Assembly (NCBI GenBank): GCA_040376625.1
Contig: JBEIQG010000001.1
Coordinates: 3,079-67,078, forward strand
DNA from: Nitrospira sp.
GTDB lineage: Bacteria > Nitrospirota > Nitrospiria > Nitrospirales > Nitrospiraceae
Length of the DNA: 64,000 bases
Direction: 5' to 3'
Shown: one piece after another, positions 58,904 through 64,000 of the stretch
Layout: every line of letters starts with the position of its first letter
Position numbering within the stretch: the stretch's first letter is position 1
Translations under genes and position numbers: made by a program
The notes under the pieces: model-generated
Database searches by the model: none
What the model was told of the DNA's origin: nothing
Seen by the model: the letters and a program-made list of their open reading frames with translations, nothing else

Positions 58904-60391
58904 ATGAAGACAAGCATGGGACGGTCACGAACTGCGGTACGGAGAGATGAGAGGGGAATGGCGATGCTGGCGGTGCTCATGGTGGTGTTTCTGTTGACCT
59001 TGCTGGGGATGACCTCCATGCAGCTGGCCGGCCAGGAGATCGTCGGTGCCAGCGCGTTGCAAGAGGAGCGGCTTGCGCATCATGCGGCTGAAGCGGCGGT
59101 TGATGTGGTGATGGGATGGTTTCATGATCCTGCCATGCTGCCACAAGGCATCGAAACGTCGTGGCTGACGAAGCGGTTGGTGAATGCACAGGGCGATGCG
59201 TCCTACTTCGATGCACAGGGACGTGCACAGTTTGCAGGAACCGGCACCTCTCCGGACGTGGTATTTGATGCTGCGTATGCTCAGCACGACCGACTTATGA
59301 ATGATCCTCAAACGGGCTGGTTCAAATCCCTCAACGGACTTGCGAGGATTCTCAAGTTGCGAGTTTATGGGGCGACGCGGCCTGGATTGCTCTGCACGGT
59401 GGAGGTAACGGCGGGAGCCGGTCATACCTCACGAGTAACGAAAACGATATCCGTCGAATTCGGCGCCTATGCCGTTCCGGCGTTACACGCGCCGATCCAG
59501 GGTGGCACCCTGGGAAGCGAGTCTGCCCCCTCCACGGCCGGTTCCGTATTCGCCCATTGGGGCGACATGTTGGTGCGTGGCAAGGCATATTTCCCTCGGC
59601 CTGAGGTGGTCCCGATGAAGAGCGGGTTGGCGCCGGTGACGGGGCAGGCCTACGACGAAATGACGCACCCCGAGGATCGCTGGTTCACCATCCGGCTCGG
59701 CGGCGACGCGTTTTTCGCGCAGCTTCCGTCAGAGGCCTGGTCGGGAGTTCCTCTGAATCTCCTCACGCACCAGGATCCGGTGCCCGGTCTCAGGGTAGAC
59801 CAGTGGGATTACGACACCTTGAAAAGGATGGCTAGGCAGTTCGGGCAATACTACGGCATAGACCGGGATGGATTGTTGTATGCCGGCGGTGTGATCCAAT
59901 CAGGATCGGGACGTCCTGCCTCGGAGGTATTTGCATCGAAGGGGCCCGGTGACCATCGGGGGTTGATCTTTGTTGATACGCTCGATGGGACGTCCCCCCG
60001 ACCAGACAATTTAGGGACGATCGTGCTTGATCAAGAGTATGCCGAAGGTATCTTTATTGCGAATGCGCATGTGCTCTGGAAGACGGGGACGTATGGGAAA
60101 CCGGTTTCAGCTCTCAGTCCGCCGCCGGAAGGTCAGCAATCTCTTGGAACCAGGATTCCTGTTCAACTGTCCGGTGTTCACCTGCAGGGTGTCCTGTATG
60201 TCGCGGGTGACGTGCGGTATGCAGGGCACCTCAAGGTCTACGGCGGAGTGGTGGCGCAAGGGGCGATTGTGGATGCCACGAATGGGTCGGGAATGTTGGA
60301 GGTTTGGTACAACCACGACCTCCGCGATGGGCTGGTGCAGGGCATGCCGCTTGTGTTTGTGGCCCCTGGAAGCTGGCAGGCCAAAATCTGA
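58904..60391 (+). CDS. Large PilX-like pilin (cassette 1)
   Basis: RG|MAMLAVL (no E5), A.HAAEA, C-terminal PGSW. Confidence 0.8.
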   Translation: MKTSMGRSRTAVRRDERGMAMLAVLMVVFLLTLLGMTSMQLAGQEIVGASALQEERLAHHAAEAAVDVVMGWFHDPAMLPQGIETSWLTKRLVNAQGDASYFDAQGRAQFAGTGTSPDVVFDAAYAQHDRLMNDPQTGWFKSLNGLARILKLRVYGATRPGLLCTVEVTAGAGHTSRVTKTISVEFGAYAVPALHAPIQGGTLGSESAPSTAGSVFAHWGDMLVRGKAYFPRPEVVPMKSGLAPVTGQAYDEMTHPEDRWFTIRLGGDAFFAQLPSEAWSGVPLNLLTHQDPVPGLRVDQWDYDTLKRMARQFGQYYGIDRDGLLYAGGVIQSGSGRPASEVFASKGPGDHRGLIFVDTLDGTSPRPDNLGTIVLDQEYAEGIFIANAHVLWKTGTYGKPVSALSPPPEGQQSLGTRIPVQLSGVHLQGVLYVAGDVRYAGHLKVYGGVVAQGAIVDATNGSGMLEVWYNHDLRDGLVQGMPLVFVAPGSWQAKI

Positions 60392-60495
60392 CGGCAGCGC
60401 TATGAGGGTGACGCGGTCACTCTGCCGGCAGAGTGAGTTCAAACAATTACCTGCAATCAAATCGTCTCCACGGTATTCAGAAAGGAATCAGTCTC

Positions 60496-62295
60496 ATGAC
60501 TCGTGCCGCGGTGTCCATGTTATCAGGCAGTGAGTGTTCCCAAGCAGGCAGCGCTTTAGCGCAGACGCAGTCCGCTACTGGCTACCATCGGCTCGTCGAA
60601 CAGGGTTTTCTGCAACAGGAGGAGTTAGGGTGTGCCATAGCTGAGGCCGCGCGCAAACGGCTCGATGTGGCGACTGTGCTCATGGATCGGTATCGGATAC
60701 CGAAGCCGGCGCTCGGTGCCGCACTGGCGGAATTCTATCGATGCCCGTTTCTCGCTTATGACGAGCGCACGGTCATGGAACGGGAGTTACTAAAAAATCT
60801 CAGCCTGGATTATCTTCGGATGAACCATTGGGTTCCGCTGCGGCGCCAGGGCAATGACGTCGAAGTTCTGATCGACGATCCGCATAATCCGGAGAAGCTG
60901 TTCGATGTGCGCCGAGCGTTCCCAGGCCAGGCACTGTCCTATCGTGTCGGGCTCCGTTCCGATATTGAGCGGCTGTTGAATGCGATTCAAGGGCGTGAGT
61001 CGGGTAATGCGATATCCGACATTCTTGGCGAACTGGTCAGCGAAGCGCAGCTGGAGGAGCAACAAAATGCGACGATTTCGGCGATCACCGAAAACGACTC
61101 GGCCATCGTCCGGCTCGCCAATCAGATCATAACAGACGCCTATCGTCGCGGGGCCTCGGATATCCATATTGAGCCCTACGCCGATCGAAAGGAAACGGCT
61201 GTGCGCTTCCGAGTCGACGGCACCTGCTTTACGTACATGAAGAGTCCGGCAGCCTATCGCCGGGCGATCGTCTCCCGCCTGAAGATTATGGCCAGTCTGG
61301 ACATTGCCGAGCGGCGTAAGCCGCAGGATGGCAAAATCCGCTTTAAGTTGGGCACTGGACAAGAGGTCGAACTACGGGTGGCAACACTTCCCACCTCCGG
61401 CTTTAATGAAGATGTAGTGATTCGCCTACTGGCCGCCAACGGACCTCGGCGGTTGGAGGATATGGAGTTCAGCGATGGAACACGCCGCCTCGTAGGGCAG
61501 TTGGCTCAAAAGCCGCATGGCATCGTTCTGTGCGCCGGCCCGACAGGATCAGGAAAGACTACGACCTTGCATGCTATTTTGGCTTCGATTAATACCGATG
61601 AACGAAAGATCTGGACGGCGGAGGATCCGATCGAGATCACGCAGGATGGACTGCGGCAGGTGCAGGTTCATCCCAAGATCGGACTGACTTTTGCCACGAC
61701 CATGAGGGCCTTCCTAAGAGCAGACCCGGACGTCATCATGATCGGAGAAATGCGTGACAAAGAAACGGCGGATATTGCCATTGAAGCCTCCCTGACCGGA
61801 CACTTGGTGTTCAGCACCATTCATACGAATAGTGCCGTCGAGACTGTGGTGCGATTGCTCGATCTGGGGTGCGACCCGTTTAATTTTTCAGACGCCATGT
61901 TGGGGGTGTTGGCGATGCGGTTATGCAAGCGCATCTGTCCCAACTGCCGTGAGGCCTACTATCCCACGCGCAGCGAATATGACGAACTCGTGCAGGCCTT
62001 TGGGGAGAGCGACTGGGAGGGCGTGCATCCTGCATACGAGCCGGGCCTTACACTGTTTCGTGGGCGAGGGTGCGACACCTGTAATCAGACCGGGTACCGT
62101 GGACGAGTGCCCATCCATGAGTTGATGGTCGTATCTGATTCCATGAAGGCACTGATTCAGGCCAGGGCGCGCACCGGGGAACTGCTCGCACTCGCAAAAA
62201 ATGACGGGATGAGGACGTTGGTGCAAGACGGTATCGAGAAAGTGCTGAAGGGACTCACGACGTATCAACAGGTGCGGGCAGTTGCGATCAAATAG
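60496..62295 (+). CDS. pilB: PilB/GspE-family secretion ATPase
   Basis: ASDIHIEP, LDIAERR.PQDG, GPTGSGKTT, EDP.E, DPDVIMIGE.RD, CxxC...CxxC. Confidence 0.9.
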   Translation: MTRAAVSMLSGSECSQAGSALAQTQSATGYHRLVEQGFLQQEELGCAIAEAARKRLDVATVLMDRYRIPKPALGAALAEFYRCPFLAYDERTVMERELLKNLSLDYLRMNHWVPLRRQGNDVEVLIDDPHNPEKLFDVRRAFPGQALSYRVGLRSDIERLLNAIQGRESGNAISDILGELVSEAQLEEQQNATISAITENDSAIVRLANQIITDAYRRGASDIHIEPYADRKETAVRFRVDGTCFTYMKSPAAYRRAIVSRLKIMASLDIAERRKPQDGKIRFKLGTGQEVELRVATLPTSGFNEDVVIRLLAANGPRRLEDMEFSDGTRRLVGQLAQKPHGIVLCAGPTGSGKTTTLHAILASINTDERKIWTAEDPIEITQDGLRQVQVHPKIGLTFATTMRAFLRADPDVIMIGEMRDKETADIAIEASLTGHLVFSTIHTNSAVETVVRLLDLGCDPFNFSDAMLGVLAMRLCKRICPNCREAYYPTRSEYDELVQAFGESDWEGVHPAYEPGLTLFRGRGCDTCNQTGYRGRVPIHELMVVSDSMKALIQARARTGELLALAKNDGMRTLVQDGIEKVLKGLTTYQQVRAVAIK

Positions 62296-62643
62296 TGCCC
62301 TCGCGTTCGGTATGTCTCACGTTTTGTCCAGGGCGATACTCTCCGTTTAAGGCCGCTCCTGCTTGTTAATTATGCAGGAGTGAAAGTTGGAAACAGCTCC
62401 CTTGCCTTGGCGCCTCTCCCAGGTGCATTTTTCCTGACTTTTCTCACATCAAGCAGTTGAGCGCGGCTTCTCTGGCTTTCATTCTTCCCTCATCTCTTCT
62501 GGCTCACCAGTGGGTGAAATTCGCCAGAAATCCGACAAAAATTGTCATCGGAGTGATCGCGGAACGCTCGGAATTGTACGCCGTCAAGCATGAACGGTCC
62601 TGATATATCAATCTGTTAGGCCATGATCCCATGTCATGTCCAT

Positions 62644-62659
62644 CGGCATGGCACTTGCT
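62644..62659 (+). promoter_or_regulatory. Sigma54 (-24/-12) promoter
   Basis: CGGCATGGCACTTGCT: GG-N10-GC, close to TGGCACG-N4-TTGC. Confidence 0.65.
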
Positions 62660-62674
62660 CATCTGGCTGTTGCC

Positions 62675-63151
62675 ATGTGTGTCTCTATCTCTCTCCAACG
62701 GTCTGCTGCTGTCCACCGCCAGAGGGGCTTTACCCTGATCGAGGTGATGATAGCGGTTGCGATCGTCGGGATTCTGGCCATGGTCGCCGTCCCCAACTAT
62801 CTCCAATGGAACGCCCGCTATCAGCTGAAACAAGCCACAACGGAATTGGCTGGCAGTCTCAACCTGGCCCGGATGGCAGCGATGAATCGGAATCTTGCCG
62901 TCACGGTTACATTGGCCCTGGTGTCGGGAAGGGTAAATATCGATTTCGGAGGCGCGTTAGCCCCTATTGTGTTGCCCCAGACCGTCGTCGGATTCACGGG
63001 AGGTCCGACGATTCAATTCACTCAGCAAGGGTTGAGCGGGGCTGCGGCGAATGTTCCTGTGACGCTGACGTCACAGCACGGAACGGCCTATTCCGTAGTC
63101 GTAACTCCGGCAGGCAAGGTGAACTGGTGCGCGCATGCGACCTGCCCATAG
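62675..63151 (+). CDS. FimT/FimU-like minor pilin (cassette 2; start may be upstream)
   Basis: RG|FTLIEVMIAVAIVGILA..A.P, AR..A, I.F...G. Confidence 0.88.
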   Translation: MCVSISLQRSAAVHRQRGFTLIEVMIAVAIVGILAMVAVPNYLQWNARYQLKQATTELAGSLNLARMAAMNRNLAVTVTLALVSGRVNIDFGGALAPIVLPQTVVGFTGGPTIQFTQQGLSGAAANVPVTLTSQHGTAYSVVVTPAGKVNWCAHATCP

Positions 63152-63158
63152 AGGCCTA

Positions 63159-63683
63159 ATGAAACACCGTAGAAACGTAGAACGCTGCTTTGGCCTGCCT
63201 GCCGCCTCGGAGCGGGGGTTTACGCTGTTGGAAGCCATGATTGCGGCGGGCGTGCTCTCGGTCGGACTGCTCGGTCTGGCGGGTCTCTCGGGGATGTCGC
63301 TGGGTAAGAATGTCGATGCCAACGACATGTCGCGTGTGACCAATATCGCCGCCGACATGGCGGAGCGCATTCAAAACAATCGGCAGCGTGTCATGGACTA
63401 CCATAACACCAACACGAGCGTGGCTTGCGCGCAGAATGCGAACACTCAACGTATGGCGTTGGGAGATTGCACGCAGTGGCAAACGCTGGTGGCGAATTCC
63501 GGTCTCCCGAGCGCCGTCGGATCGGTCACGGTAGCCCAGCTCGATCCGGCTCCAACGGCGAATCCGGTGACGATGAACCGGTTCCTTGTCACGGTAACCG
63601 TCAGCTGGCAAACCAGACAGACGGATGTGAGTACGGTGCGGACCAAGACCGCGATGTTTACGACGATGGTCGCGCCGGAATAG
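63159..63683 (+). CDS. PilV-like minor pilin (cassette 2)
   Basis: RG|FTLLEAMIA, A.DMAERI..N, D...W, VTVSW. Confidence 0.88.
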   Translation: MKHRRNVERCFGLPAASERGFTLLEAMIAAGVLSVGLLGLAGLSGMSLGKNVDANDMSRVTNIAADMAERIQNNRQRVMDYHNTNTSVACAQNANTQRMALGDCTQWQTLVANSGLPSAVGSVTVAQLDPAPTANPVTMNRFLVTVTVSWQTRQTDVSTVRTKTAMFTTMVAPE

Positions 63684-63697
63684 GCGTAGCCTGGAGC

Positions 63698-64000
63698 ATG
63701 ATGATGCGTAGATTCGATTGGAACCAACAGGGCTTCACTCTCGTGGAACTGATGGCAGCTGTCCTGATCACGGTGGTGATTGTGGCGGCGACGATGACCA
63801 CGGTGGTCACTTCGAATCGCGCCAATGTCGTCAACACACAGGTCGCAGACACGCAACAGAATGTTCGATTGGCCATCGACTTGCTCAGCCGGGACATCAA
63901 ACTGGCTGGATTTAATTACAATGCGACCGATCCGGCAACCGGATCTGTGGGCGCGTGCAATGCCACCATCGGCGCCGTCGTCAAGCCGGTTGGACTGCTG
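63698..64000 (+). CDS. PilW-like minor pilin (cassette 2), 3'-truncated; absent from the ORF track
   Basis: Manual translation MMMRRFDWNQQG|FTLVELMAA...TQQNVRLAIDLLSRDIKLAGF, open to the window end. Confidence 0.88.
   Translation, partial: MMMRRFDWNQQGFTLVELMAAVLITVVIVAATMTTVVTSNRANVVNTQVADTQQNVRLAIDLLSRDIKLAGFNYNATDPATGSVGACNATIGAVVKPVGLL

Noticed and set aside
1-64000. CRISPR array, prophage or known defence system
   Set aside because: No repeat-spacer periodicity and no cas, phage, integrase or nuclease-effector genes recognised by eye

Overview
Chromosomal, mostly housekeeping window from a GC-rich bacterium. Gene content and order suggest Nitrospira (inference only, not checked by search). 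Core genes: partial ftcD, rpsU, nth, polA, ugd, rimP-nusA-infB-DUF503-rbfA-truB-rpsO-pnp-M16 peptidase, pdxJ-nnr-tsaE-lapA-mutS, alaC-hom-thrC-apgM-like-lysC-cimA, IHF-merR-tRNA-Pro(GGG), surE-dedA-cysS-rlmB, and a type IV pilus region (pilD, two minor-pilin cassettes, PilB-type ATPase). I saw no integrase, transposase or CRISPR array. The most unexplained parts are: (i) a 6.9-kb locus with a secreted, apparently inactive alkaline-phosphatase-fold protein, a small secreted protein and five tandem paralogous HEAT-repeat proteins; (ii) a self-contained two-gene operon for exported proteins of unknown function with a long structured leader; (iii) a MITE-like element at 6.6-6.8 kb; (iv) two minor-pilin cassettes, each with a sigma54-like promoter. 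All calls come from reading motifs by eye.
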